Shown here: piece by piece, positions 1 to 12,360 of the stretch
Numbering within the stretch: position 1 is the first letter of the stretch
Layout: each line of letters begins with the position of its first letter
Assembly: GCF_009914755.1 (NCBI RefSeq)
Contig: NC_060947.1
Source of the DNA: the human T2T-CHM13v2.0 reference genome, Homo sapiens
DNA: 64,000 bases
Direction: 5' to 3' (one strand)
The notes under the pieces: generated by a model
What the model was told of the DNA's origin: nothing
Database searches by the model: none
Seen by the model: the letters and a program-made list of their open reading frames with translations, nothing else
Program-made: the position numbers and the translations under genes

Positions 1-220
<220 letters not shown>

Positions 221-527
221 TTAACTGTCTTACTAATGAAGACATTTAATAATTTAGCCGATCCCCTAAAATAATTGCCACCAGATGCCCCCTTTCCTGA
301 AATTGGTGCATGTTTGAGTAAAAAGCATAAGCATCTTCAAGTCTATCTTTTCAGCTTCAAACAGGAAAGGATGTTGAGCAAGGAGTGGCAGGAATAACAG
401 GAATTGATGTGACTTCCTCTGATATATTATCAAATATGTATGTAGAGGTGTTTATTATTTTCTACCAGTTTGTAGATATGGTGCTAATGACTGCTCCGTT
501 TTGAGATTGCTGTGACATAAAGCTTAC

Positions 528-533
528 CTTTTC
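528..533 (-). CDS. Candidate 6-nt frame-preserving microexon (GAAAAG) of an unidentified minus-strand host gene
   Basis: Minus strand reads TTGCC-T16-CAG | GAAAAG | GTAAGC: long polypyrimidine tract, CAG acceptor, AAG|GTAAG donor, no other AG for about 55 nt upstream. Confidence 0.55.
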
Positions 534-742
534 CTGAAAAAAAAAAAAAAAAGGCAACGATACAATAAAAAGGAGGGCAAAAGGCCATCTTACTTCTCTT
601 TCTATCCCAAAACCCAATCCCAAATCTTAACACTCCAATCGAGAATCGGCCAAACAAGTCAAGAAATAATAGAAGAAAAATGCACACTCATAAGCTCCAA
701 TGCCCATATAGGTGTGTGTATGTGTGTGTTTGTATGTGGGGT

Positions 743-1428
743 TGAGAGGTGAAGCCAGCTGGACTTTCTGAGTCGGGTGGGAGAACTTGGAGAACTTTTC
801 TGTCTAGCTAAATGATTGTAAACGCACCAATCAGCACTCTGTAAAAACGCAGCAATCAGCACTCTGTGTCTAGCTAAAGGTTTGTAAATGCACCAATCAG
901 CACTCTGTAAAAACGGACCAATCAGCACTCTGTAAAATGGGCCAATCAGCAGGATGTGGGCGGGGCCAAATAAGGGAATAAAAGCTGGCAACCCGAGCCA
1001 GCAGCTGGCAACCCTCTTGGGTCGCCTTCCACGCTGTGGAAGCTTCGTTCTTTCTCTCTTCACAGTAAATCTTGCTGCTGCTCACTGTTTGGGTCTGCAC
1101 TACCTTTAGGAGCTGTAACACTCACTGTGAAGGTCTGTGGCTTCACCCCTGAAGTCAGCGAGACCACGAACCCACTGGGAGGAATGAACAACTCCGGACG
1201 TGTCACCTTTAAGAGCTGTAACACTCACTGCGAAGGTCTGCGGCTTCACTCCTGAAGTCCAGCGAGACCACGAACCCACTGGAAGGAAGAAACTGTGGAC
1301 ACATCTGAAGGAACAAACTCCGGACACACTATCTTTAAGAACTGTAACACTCACCACGAGGGTCCGCGGCTTCATTCTTGAAGTCAGCGAGACCAAGAAC
1401 CCACCCAAAGGAACCAATTCCGGACACA
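743..1428 (+). mobile_element. LTR12-family (ERV9) solo LTR
   Basis: TGAGAGGTGAAGCCAGCTGG...CCAATTCCGGACACA; tandem CCAATCAGCACTCTG units, GC box GGGCGGGG, AATAAAA TATA-like box; 4-bp TSD GGGT at 739-742 and 1429-1432. Confidence 0.95.
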
Positions 1429-2974
1429 GGGTGGAGGAGGGGGTGAAGGTTAATGTGCAATTTCTAGATGAGAATGCCTGTGGCTTCTCTTAACCACATA
1501 AATGAACAAGCACTGGCAGAGAGACAGATGGCTTAGCTTGCCCAGAGCAGCCCCAGTGCTCTTAGGGAAGGAAAAGAGCCCCCTTCACTTCACTTCAGTT
1601 CCTCCTTTCCCCAGCAGGGTGAGCAACCCCTAAAGACCATCGTTATTTTGAGGGCTTTTGTTTAAGTATAGCACATATATTAGAATGTACTATGGTGATG
1701 GCCTATGGTGCTCTTGAATTGTTTCATAAATATTTATCCTGAATCCCCAGAAAGATTAGAAACTCATTGAGAGCCAGATCCAGTATCCATGCTGCTTCTA
1801 TGTCTCAAAAGGCTTAACTGAGGCACAGAGTAAATGGTCAGTCATTATGGGTATGATTGAATGAAAAAATAAATCCTTAATTTTGAAACTCAATACAACC
1901 TGGTTTTACAGATGTGAGGATAATGATATGGCATATTCAAAGGACGTAGAAAGGAGTTAGGAACTGGCAAAAGAGTTTAAACCATCAAGAGTAGCTCCGT
2001 TGTATGAAAAAAGCATACCCCCCTCAAACCTTCTAATCATAGACTAGGCTCTGTGAGTTAATGACATTTCTTTATAAGACATGCAATGTTTTTTTTTTTT
2101 TTCTGTCTGGAAGCAATACACATTCAGAAATTGAAGCAAACATCAATAGAACAAAAGCTGCTGTAGCTCAGCTGTTTGGAGAAAATCAATTCAAACAACT
2201 CATAATTTGCTGGGTGACACATCATGAAACATTAAGCTAAGTGGCGGCACCTGGCTTCAGAAGCATAATCTCTAGGACAGCTACTAATTTATTCGTGCTG
2301 AAAAGGAAAGTCTCCCCTCCCCACTCCTTTCATGTAAAGCTTATAAACCAAAATGAGAATGATATCAAAGGGCTCTAAAAAAAAGAGCTTCCCAATAGAC
2401 AGTTATCTCTTTGTCAGGTTATTTCATGCAACTTCCTCAAACAAAGCAAAAGATGAGCTGTACTAAGGAAATGTTTTGAGATCTATAAGCTGTGAACAGA
2501 ACTTATGAGGTTCAATATGAAAGGAAGGTATGCAGTATGGCAGGATATTAGTATAATGGAAGTCTGGTTCACAGTTTGGGAAGGTTGTCGGCAAAGGTAT
2601 TTTCATTTGTTTAGTAACTGGGGTTAGTGATTAGAAAATACAAGGACTCTGAACCTTAAAAATCATCATGATCGGCTACTTACTGATGAAATGGTAAGTG
2701 GAGTTCATGCACACACACAAAGCAGGCAGGGAGGGCCTGACCTTGGGTTGACTGAGAAAGAAGGTCAATGGGAATACATCATTGGTGGTGAAACAAGGCA
2801 TTAAGTCTCATGGAGAAGCTTTGGGGAGTATTCACTACCATCATTGATCATAAGTACATATTGAAGGAAGATTTACTGCATGGCCAGTTTGAGCCAGCTG
2901 AGATGAGGAAAATAGAAGAAATGGAGCCACTTTCCCCAAGTAACATATAATCTAATGAAGACAAGATTAATAAT

Positions 2975-3340
2975 GATCATTGAATATTTACTGTGAGCCA
3001 AGTAGTGCTTTACGTAGGTTATCTTACAACATAATCCTCACAACATGCCAGTGAAGCAAGTACTGTTATTCCCTCTATTGTAAATACGAGGAGACTAAGG
3101 TCAAATAGGTTATGAATCTTGTTTAAATTCATTCATCCAGTAAGTGGCAGAGCTAACTTGAACTGTGGTCTTACTCCAGAGTCTATGCACTTAATCACTA
3201 TAGTAGACCCAACTGTAAAGTGGGGATAAAAAGGGTGTCTACTACAGAGTTGATATGAGAATAAATGAGGTAACACTAACAACAGCAAGGAGAGTGCCTG
3301 GCATGGAGCCAATGTTCAAAAATGGTTGGCTATCATCATC
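2975..3340. mobile_element. Two adjacent MIR fragments in opposite orientation
   Basis: Degenerate MIR core on - strand (about 2975-3200), then CTGTAAAGTGGGGATAA core on + strand. Confidence 0.65.
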
Positions 3341-4347
3341 TTTAATGTCATCAGTGTTTTCCTACCTCCTAAAAATATGAATCCTTTTTACAACAATCTT
3401 GACAGGTAGTTCCCAGCTCCTGATAATATATCTCCCCAAGGGCAGGAAGCTCAGTATTTGAGCAGGCTGCTTCCTTGTGCAACAGCTCTTGTTGTTCAGA
3501 GGAATTTTCTTTGATCAGCTGAAGTAAACTTCAGCTCTTCTGTAACTTTTGCCTATTGGCTTTAGTTCTGCCATTGAGAATAACACAGAGTAAGCTGATA
3601 CCCTCTTCCACTTGACTTGACAGATTAAATATGGCAAGAACTAGAGAATCATTTACATTTTTTTAGCTGGAGAACAACAACAAAGAAAAGGGAGGCTAAT
3701 GAAGCTGTGTCTGATGAGAATAAGCAGAGCTGGATTTGAGAGCAGTGAGAATGGAGACAGGGAAGCCAGTGAGAAGGATGTGGCAGTAATCCAGGTCATA
3801 TGGACCAGGATGAGAGCAATGGCAACGAGGATGAAGAAGAAGTGCAGATAACAGAAACTTTTCATGTGGGAAAATGGACAGAACTTGGGGTCTGGCCAGA
3901 TACTGGGGGGGGTAAATTTTAAAAATCTCATTTATGGTCCAGAGTTTTCAAACATAGCTATTAAGAGAATTCAATTTTTTTTTTGTGGTGGGGGTGCATT
4001 TGGAGGGTGGTAAGATGATGATTTTGGATTTGAGTTGACAACCAAAAAAAAAAAAAAAATCCGGTAACTAGAGACAGGTGACTGGCAAGAGTTATCTGGG
4101 ATAAGAGATACACATTTAAAGTCATCAGCCAGAAGGGTTGAATAGGTTAGACAAACTGTTGATGCAGGGCTTCAGATGTTAAGGTGAGAATCTGAACGTG
4201 GTCCAGAGGGTGAGGCTGGCCCCATGTGGAACTCTGAAGGAGCTAGTATTAGAAGCCTCTGGCTGCCCTCCCACTCTGTCTTTTTTTGGTGGTGTCTTTC
4301 CCTTCCATTTAGGTCTTAAATACCCTTATCTCCCTCTACTTGCCCTC

Positions 4348-4757
4348 TCTCTTAGTCCGTTTACACTGCTAAAATAAAATACCACAGACTGGATAATTTA
4401 TAAAGAACAGAAATTTATTTCTCACAGTACTGGAGGCTGGGAGTCTAAGATCAAGGCACTGACAGGTTCCATGTCTGGTGAGGGCCTTATCTTCACTTCC
4501 AAGAGGTTGCCTTGTTGCTGCATCCTCCAGCGGGGAGCAACGCTGTGTCTTCACATGGTGGAAAAAACAGAAGAGCCAAAAAGGGGACCAAACTCCCTCT
4601 GTCGAGTCATTTTATAATGTTTTATAATCCATTCGTGAGGGCAGAGCCCTCAAGACATAAACAGCTCCCAAAAGGCCCCACCCAATTAGCAATACTGTTG
4701 CATTGAGGGTGAAGTCTTGAACACATGAATTTTCAGGGACACATTCAGATTATAGAA
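4348..4757 (-). mobile_element. MaLR LTR (MST/MLT1A-like)
   Basis: TCTTAGTCCG...ATACCACAGACTGG...AAATTTATTTCTCACAGT...GGAGGCTGGGAGTC..AAGATCAAGG pattern. Confidence 0.85.
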
Positions 4758-4857
4758 AGCTCCTCTTAATATTGTGATGAAGACAAAACTAATTTAAGTG
4801 GGTCAAGGTGGTTACATGGCAACAACATAAACTGGGATTCAAGAAACCTGGATTCTA

Positions 4858-5144
4858 AGCCGGTCATGGTGGCTCACGCCTGTAATCTGAGCACTTTGGG
4901 AGGCTGAGGCGGGAGGATTGCTTGAGGCCAGGAGTTTGAGACCAGCCTGGGCAACATGGTGAGACCCGGTCTCTAGAAAAAATACAAAAATTAGCCGGCC
5001 GTGCTGGTGCACATCTGTAGTCCCAGCTACTTGGGAGGCTGAGGTGGGAGGATCGCTTAAGCCCAGGAGGTCAAGGCTTCAGTGAGCCATGACTGCACCA
5101 CTGCACTCCAGCCTGGGAAACAGAGCAAGCCTCTCTCTCAGAAA
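4858..5144 (+). mobile_element. AluJ, full length, very short tail
   Basis: Alu dimer; 17-bp TSD AAGAAACCTGGATTCTA on both sides. Confidence 0.95.
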
Positions 5145-8100
5145 AAGAAACCTGGATTCTAGACTCAACTCTACCACTCCTCCTTTTGAATCTCAGAAGG
5201 GCCCAAATGGCCCTTACAACTAAAAATAAATCAATGTGTGTCCAACCTGCCTGTACTGAACACTGCCCCAGTTAATTGGCTCAGTGCTGCAAACCTATTT
5301 CCAGATTCTCCATTCATTCTTAAGTGCAAAAGACACAGAAGAGCTTAGCATATACTGTTGGAAAGAAAGAAGCAGATAATATGTTTAATGGATAATCCAG
5401 AAACAATAGTCTTTGGTCTTGGACTGTAGCCTGACATAGATATCCAGACACATGCCTACTAGTACAACCATTCATTCACCTTCTCCTGAACTCAGCTGTA
5501 TGGCTTACTGCTGGAGCTGGGTGAGATAAAGTGGTAGAGGAAAGCAGTTACATCAAGTAGACTTCTAATGAGGATTCCAAGAGTTATGTATTTGTTGCAT
5601 ACAGTTTATGTGCAAATATGTATATAACTAAGAATAAAAAGATCTGAAAGGTTATATATGGAAGAGTTGACAGCAGTTCCTTCTGGGAAAGAGACTTAGA
5701 TCGGGATGCAGGGGTGAGAATGAAAGGAGACTCCCATTAACTCTAGACAGTTTGGCATGTTAATTTTCACGATGAGAATGTATTCCTATGTTACACAAGT
5801 AATACATGAAACAATGAAAATGCTTTTCATTTTTAAAAAGAGACAACTGTTTATTAAGTCTGAGAAGCTGAAAAGTTTAGAGTAGCATTTCTGGTATCAC
5901 AATGATAATGACTTCATGTCTTAGGGTGCTTGGTGGACAGCACCCTCTTCTCCCTTCCATAGATCACCAGCCTTTCTAGCCTCATAGCCACCTGAGAAGC
6001 AGAATCAAGGAAAGGGGTGTTTGAAAAGAATGCAGAGAAGAAATGGAGTGTATCAAATGACATCAGGAAGGCTCGCTGGTGGACTATAGGCTCCAAAGGT
6101 TAGCCAAGCAGTGTGTCAGGCAGTAAACCAGAGGGTCCGCTTTGACCTCCTACCACCATTTGACGAGAAAACAAGAGAAAATGTGGCTGGTGTGGGTCCA
6201 CTGCAGAGGTGGGGAGTTCTTTCGTGCAGTAGTGACAATGCCCTGCTTCCCCAGATCTGGCACATTTCAGAAGTTGCTGACGTGTTGATGCCTGCTAAAA
6301 CACAACGTGGGAAGAAGAATGAATGTGGGCAAGCTCGGCTAGCCACTCAGAGGGAAATGATCTCATTTCTCCTGCTGGGCAACCCCCAGTTGCTGGTAAG
6401 TGGAAAAAGACAGGGTAGAATTTAAATTCCACCATTATGTTTTTTTTCTCAAAAGCCACAAGTTTACAGATGATGGCTTATATTGTCTCATGAGCTGTTT
6501 ATCATAGCTATTTCCAGAAAAGGAGAAGGATTCAGAAATACTGTCTTGGCCAGAATTTCATTCCCTTGCTTCTCTTTGGGGATATTTCCATTATTTTTTT
6601 TAATATACAGGAGTGGCCTTTGGCACTTGTTATGGTCTTATGTGCTGACTGGTTGGAAGTCATGAATATTGGAGACTTTAATCCATAATCTGTCTCCCAG
6701 TGCAATTTGTCTATGAGATTCCTTTCCTGTCCTGCCAGAGGGTAGTAGAGTTATAATTCATTATCCTGTGATCTTCAACATGGCTTCTGGCACAGTGAGT
6801 AAGTTCTTTGTTCTTTTAGGACAGAACTGTCACTCATCACTAAACAGCCCTTCATTTTTTTCCCCAAACACTGACTCATAGAATCATAGATTCTCAGGGA
6901 TGGAAGGAAGCCGAGAGGTCGTCTAATCCAACCCTTTACTAGTTGACTCCAGGCAGTGCCTAGACATGGTAAATTACTTCATGCCCCAAATAAGTAAAAT
7001 TTAGTGAAATAAGAAGGGCGATTTGTGAGAGTCAGAGATGGAACACCTCCAAAGGGTCTCTAAAGGGATGTGTGTGCTCAAAGGTGCGATGAAGGAAAAA
7101 GGCATACTTAATAACATCTCTGTTTCTGTGAGAATGAATTAGGTGCAAATCCAAATTTGAAGCTGAGAACCTCCTAATTCTATAATAATAGTGATAATAA
7201 TCATAGTAATAATAAGTCAGAACAGTTAAAATAAGTTAAGATTTTCTGAACACTCGCTATGTGTCTGACATGAATCTAATTTATTCATGTGAATTATATA
7301 ATCATCAAGTCACCACTTTGGGGCTGGTATCTTCCATATTACAGATGAGGAAACTGGGGAGTTTTGGAGTGTTTTGCCCAAGGTCATATACCTAGTAAGT
7401 GTCAGAACTAATATTGGAATCCAGGAATGTCTAAGTCTTTACCACCAGGCTATATTACCCTATTATCCTCAAATAAAGACAGTTGCTATAGAAAATAGTT
7501 GCCTCCTGGATTTATCACCAGCTGCCAGGCTAGTGAGGAGGATATGTTTTATAATCTTTTCCTAGATCCCTTGAGATCTTCTCAATATAAGTCCTCATTT
7601 AAACTGAAGCAGAAACATTTCTTGCTTCTGTCCCTTCACACAAAGGATGTTTTGGTTTCAGACAAAAGCAAGAGAAATAGTTCCCCAGCTTTGAAATGTT
7701 TTAGTCATCCCGCTGGTGCATTGGAGCAGGTGATACATTTAAAGTGAAAATAATAGCCTATAGTCCTGGACAGCTGGTTTGAGAGAAATTAAAGCCCTAC
7801 TCTGATCCAAAGAATAAGAACCTTTCACACAAGCTCTCTGCCCAGCTAGTCAAAATCCATAAATCTGTCAAATAGAGTGAAGTTTTTTTGTCTTAAAATG
7901 TCTCAAAGATAAGCTTTCCTATTAAGTGTGTCGTTCTTTGAATACTGCATTTTAAAAAGCTGGGTTGCTATGCTGTGGCTAAATATTTTAAAAGTGTAAG
8001 AATATCACAAAAATAAATAACTAGAATCACTTGTAAGCACTTGTAATTTAACGAAGGAGCCATGCTTTTTTTTCATATTCATACTTTACCAAATGCCTTC

Positions 8101-8721
8101 CCATACTTTACTTGATTTGATCGTCACAACAACCCTTTGAGATAGGCAAAACATATTTTATTTTCCCAATTCAGTGAGAAAGAAAACTGAGACACAGAGT
8201 TTAAAAGAATCACTCAAAGTTTTGTGGGGAAATGATGAAAAAGGCAAGACTAGGACTTACAAATCTTTTTATCTTGCTCTATCTACATTGGATAGTTCTA
8301 GACTGACAGATGGCATGTTTATCATTTTTAAACATTATAAAATATCTCTAATGATTTTATCATCCTTCTTTGGTCTTAAATGTCTTAGTGTTAACAATGT
8401 ACTTGTTCTTTGATCTTCATGGGAAATTAATAGTATATGTCAAAGCATAAGTAGATTAAGTCTGTGCTGGAATTTCCTGAATATAATTTTTGAAAATGCA
8501 ATATATGGTCATTGTCTTCATTAAATGATAACACAGCAATAATATTTAATGAACTTGGAAATGTGGTTGGTTGTATGTTTAGAAAGGTGAAAATATCACA
8601 CTAAATAGGCACTACATGCTGGATACTTTATGTGTGTTATTTCATTTAATGTTCTTCAATATCAAAAAAGGAAGATACCACTATAGTATAGTGGCACTAT
8701 AAATTGACTGATATTGGGGCT

Positions 8722-9045
8722 TTTATTTTTATTTTATTTTATTTTATTTTATTTTATTTTTAAGAAGGAGTTTCACTCTTGTCACCAAGACTGGAGTGCA
8801 ATGGGTGACCTCGGCTCACTACAACCTCCGCCGCCTGGGTTTAAGCGATTCTCCTGCCTCAGCCTCCCGAGTAGGTGGGATTACAGGCACCCACCACCAC
8901 GCCCGGCTAATTTTTTGTATTTTTAGTAGAGACAGGGTTTCGTCACTTTGGCCTGACTGGTCTCGAACTCCTGACCTCAGGTGATCTGCCCGCCTCGGCC
9001 TCCCAAAGCGCTGGAATTACAGGCGTGAGCCACTGTGCCCAGCCC
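8722..9045 (-). mobile_element. AluS with (TTTTA)n tail
   Basis: Reverse-strand Alu dimer. Confidence 0.95.
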
Positions 9046-9055
9046 AGGACTTTTT

Positions 9056-9160
9056 AAATGGACTCTTAGAGATGTTGATAAACATCTCTAAAATTGACTC
9101 TTAGAGAATTAAAAATTGATTCTTAGAGATGTTAAAAACTGACTGTTAGAGATATTAAAC
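9056..9160. repeat. Degenerate ~22-23-bp tandem repeat (AAAATTGACTCTTAGAGATGTT, about 4 copies) continuing into a MIR remnant
   Basis: GACTCTTAGAGA-like motif recurs at 9061, 9096, 9118 and 9141; followed by MIR-like GACCAAGGTC. Confidence 0.7.
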
Positions 9161-9635
9161 AATATGACCAAGGTCTCATCGATATTAAGTGGTAAAGCTA
9201 GGACTCAAACTAGTGTGGTCTGACTCTGAAGTCCAGGTTTTAAACAAACGTGCATACTGCTTTGTAGTAGCTGAAGCTAAATAAATACGAGTAGTAGCTC
9301 ACCTTGGGGGTTTATTATCTACCAACCATTGTGCTTATTACTTTGCCTCCTTCATCCCATTAATGTCAAAACCTACCAAGTAAGTGTTAATATTATTTCC
9401 ATTTTGTAGGTGAGGAAACCGAGACTGATAATGGTAAATAATTTAAGCCACACAGCTGGAAAAGAAAGGAACCAGAATAATTACTATGCATCTCTGTATT
9501 CTGTGTGCCATTTAGGCAGTACAGCCTATGAGTATAAAAAAAGGAGTAGAGAATCACTTTGCAGCAATATTTTGAGTTGGCACGCATATGCACATACTCA
9601 CATATCAAAAACTCAAGGCCCATGAGAAACATTAC

Positions 9636-9701
9636 CCTTTTGCTCTCGAGGTTACAGACTGCTTATGAGGGAATGAGGACATTTTGATATGCTAAGAAAC
9701 T
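9636..9701 (-). other. Candidate 66-nt exon containing a possible start codon (MSSFPHKQSVTSRAK, phase-2 end)
   Basis: Minus strand: CTTCTGTCTTCAATAG | ...CAAAATGTCC...GCAAAAGG | GTAATG; all three through-frames have stops, but the internal ATG (A at -3) is open to the donor. Confidence 0.4.
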
Positions 9702-10034
9702 CTATTGAAGACAGAAGCCATTAAATAAATCAGTGTAAGGTTAAGAACAAAACTGTCAATTGGAGCACAGTTTAATTTGCTGCTATGATGACATCAGCCA
9801 GTTCATGAACTTGAACCCTGACAGGTATAATCTTTTACCTTGTATTTGTTTTGGAAATTTTACAGAAGAAAAAATTAAAATAATGATGTGATGAATTGCT
9901 ATGTAATGACACATGAGCTATGCTGTCAAAACATTTAAAAGATAAAGTATATACATACAGACAGGTATCGGTTTGGATCCTAACTCTGCTGCTTCCCAGC
10001 TGTGTGATCCTAGTCAAGATAGTGACCTTTCTGA

Positions 10035-10311
<277 letters not shown>

Positions 10312-10767
10312 AGTCACCTCACAGGGTTGTGCTTAACCTCACAGGGTTGTGGTGGGCCTCTAATGAGTTTAAATATGCAAAGCAGCTAGTCATGCACTTA
10401 GCACACAGCAGTAACTCAATATATATCAGTGCCATTTGCCTTCCCTTGAAAATCCCTATTGAAAATTAATCTCCATACAGCAAGGATATTTTATGATCTA
10501 TAACATAAATATTTTATATGTAATAATTGCAATTAGTAGTTTCATATTATTTCACCATATCTACTTTGTTACATAGTTGTGGTTACCCCAGATCTTGTGC
10601 TTCTTAATAGTATGTGCAGAAACTCACCCACACAAAATGGATTATTTTGTGGCTGATTTAATAAGATTTGCACAAAGTTACTGCTGCATTTTAATTTGTT
10701 TATTCTGTTTTTCTTTTCATGCTACCTGGCAGGATTGTCTTAATGGCACTTAGAAAACCATACTTAC

Positions 10768-10923
10768 ATGGGAAAGTAAGTTATCCAAGCAGACACCCAG
10801 AATTGCTTGGCATACTGTATAACAACTGGCAAATTAACCTTCACACACTCTGATAATACTGCAGAATTTAAGAAGCAACTGTATCTGCCTCCATGCAGCT
10901 GTCTAGTTTGCTAATGCATGTTC
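10768..10923 (-). other. Candidate 156-nt non-coding (5'UTR-type) exon
   Basis: Minus strand: T13-ATTTCAG | GAACATG...TTCCCAT | GTAAGT; stops in all three frames; lies in repeat-poor unique sequence. Confidence 0.55.
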
Positions 10924-12080
10924 CTGAAATAAAAAAAAAAAAACACTGACACACATACTGTCTTTTTCCTTTCAACAATCCAGCTACTCAGTCCTTCTTG
11001 AAGTCCATTTTCGTAAACACTTTGCTGATCAAGAAGTGTCTGAAGATGGGAAGACGGAGAAAGCTTGTATTGTTTACTGAGTATCAGAGGACACTTCCTT
11101 CAAGTGACCTAAGGCATGTGTGAGTGCTATCCTACGAGCCACATTCTAAAGGAGTGAAGTCATCACGAACACTGCCTTAGAAGAGTGAGTTAGTGCCAAA
11201 GACTATCCTCAACAGCATTTACAGACTCACTTTTCTAAAAATCCAGAGATTTTTTTTAACATATAAATCAAGAATGAACAAGGCAAATGTTCAGCAATTC
11301 ACTTCCATGCATTACTCCCCTTCTCCTTGGAACTCAATTTCTTAGCCAGGTTGCTTTTTGGGGCTAAAAGAAAGGAAAACAGAGATGGAGACAGACAGGG
11401 CCAAGAAGCCAATAAAGAGATGAGCTGCACAAAGGTATAATAATCAGTAAACCTAAGCAGGAAAAAGCTGAGAGGAAGGAAAGTTACTTAAAATCAGAGA
11501 ATGCGGGGAGGGAGAAAAATTGCTTAAAATTAGTTTACAGAAAAAGAAAATTAATCTCCATTTTACTGTTGAATGACCTTTAGTCTGGAATTAGAATTCT
11601 ATAAAGTCTAAACAAAGAGCCACATTTAATTCCCTGGGAAACTCCAATTTTAACTTGGCTTTAATAATAAAAATTTTTGTGTGCAAATTCCGAAAGCAGC
11701 ACACACAAAGAAATTAAAGAATACAAAAACCTGTCCTAGGTAATCATGGAAATCTTACGTAAAGAGAAAATGAAAATCTTTTCATGCAATTGCACTTTAC
11801 TCGAAAATTCTACTAATCCTGACCTTTCAGGTTTTGTGAAGTGCCAAATGCAAATTAAATGAAAATGAAATCACAATACATTGGATTTTAGAGAAAGGAA
11901 ATGGCTAATCATGAATGCTTTTTTTTTTGGCAAGAACTGTTCAGGTGAATATTATGCTTAGTAATTGTTCAGGCAAGAAAGTGGGTAGAAATAAGCTTTC
12001 TCTCCTACCATGAGGCTGGATGCATGCTTTGTTCTCTGAGGGAAAGATCTCTACACATTGAATAAAGGCGAAGTACTTAC

Positions 12081-12153
12081 ACTGGACTTTAGCGAGAGTC
12101 TGACCCACAGAATTCCTTTCCTTTGTGGGAAATAGGGGCAATTCTCAGCATGG

Positions 12154-12221
<68 letters not shown>

Positions 12222-12271
12222 GACACATCGCGCCCACTCTTTCCTTGCCTGCGCCTTTTGTCTCCAAACCT
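12081..12271 (-). other. Candidate first exon containing a (TG)n tract
   Basis: Begins about 29 nt downstream of minus-strand TATAAAA; ends at CCAGT | GTAAGT. Confidence 0.45.
12159..12220. repeat. (CA)n microsatellite, about 31 units with one interruption
   Basis: Direct reading. Confidence 0.98.
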
Positions 12272-12289
12272 AAGGGACCACACACCATC

Positions 12290-12360
12290 TCCATTTTATA
12301 GGCCCCTGTTTGACACTCTTAGGCATTTCAAATTTATCCTGCCCAAGCCTATATTTAACA
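12290..12360 (-). promoter_or_regulatory. Candidate core promoter: TATA box plus MEF2-type site
   Basis: Minus-strand GGGGCCTATAAAATGG (TATAAAA at 12300-12294); CTATATTTAA at 12349-12358 fits MEF2 consensus YTA(W)4TAR. Confidence 0.4.

Noticed and set aside
800-1400. Tandem CCAATCAGCACTCTG and GCTGTAACACTCAC repeats and overlapping 74-134-aa ORFs
   Set aside because: Normal internal structure of LTR12; ORFs are incidental
11222-11245. Minus-strand TTTTTAG|AAAA|GTGAGT as a 4-nt microexon
   Set aside because: Poor polypyrimidine tract (A run upstream), not frame-preserving, weak exon end
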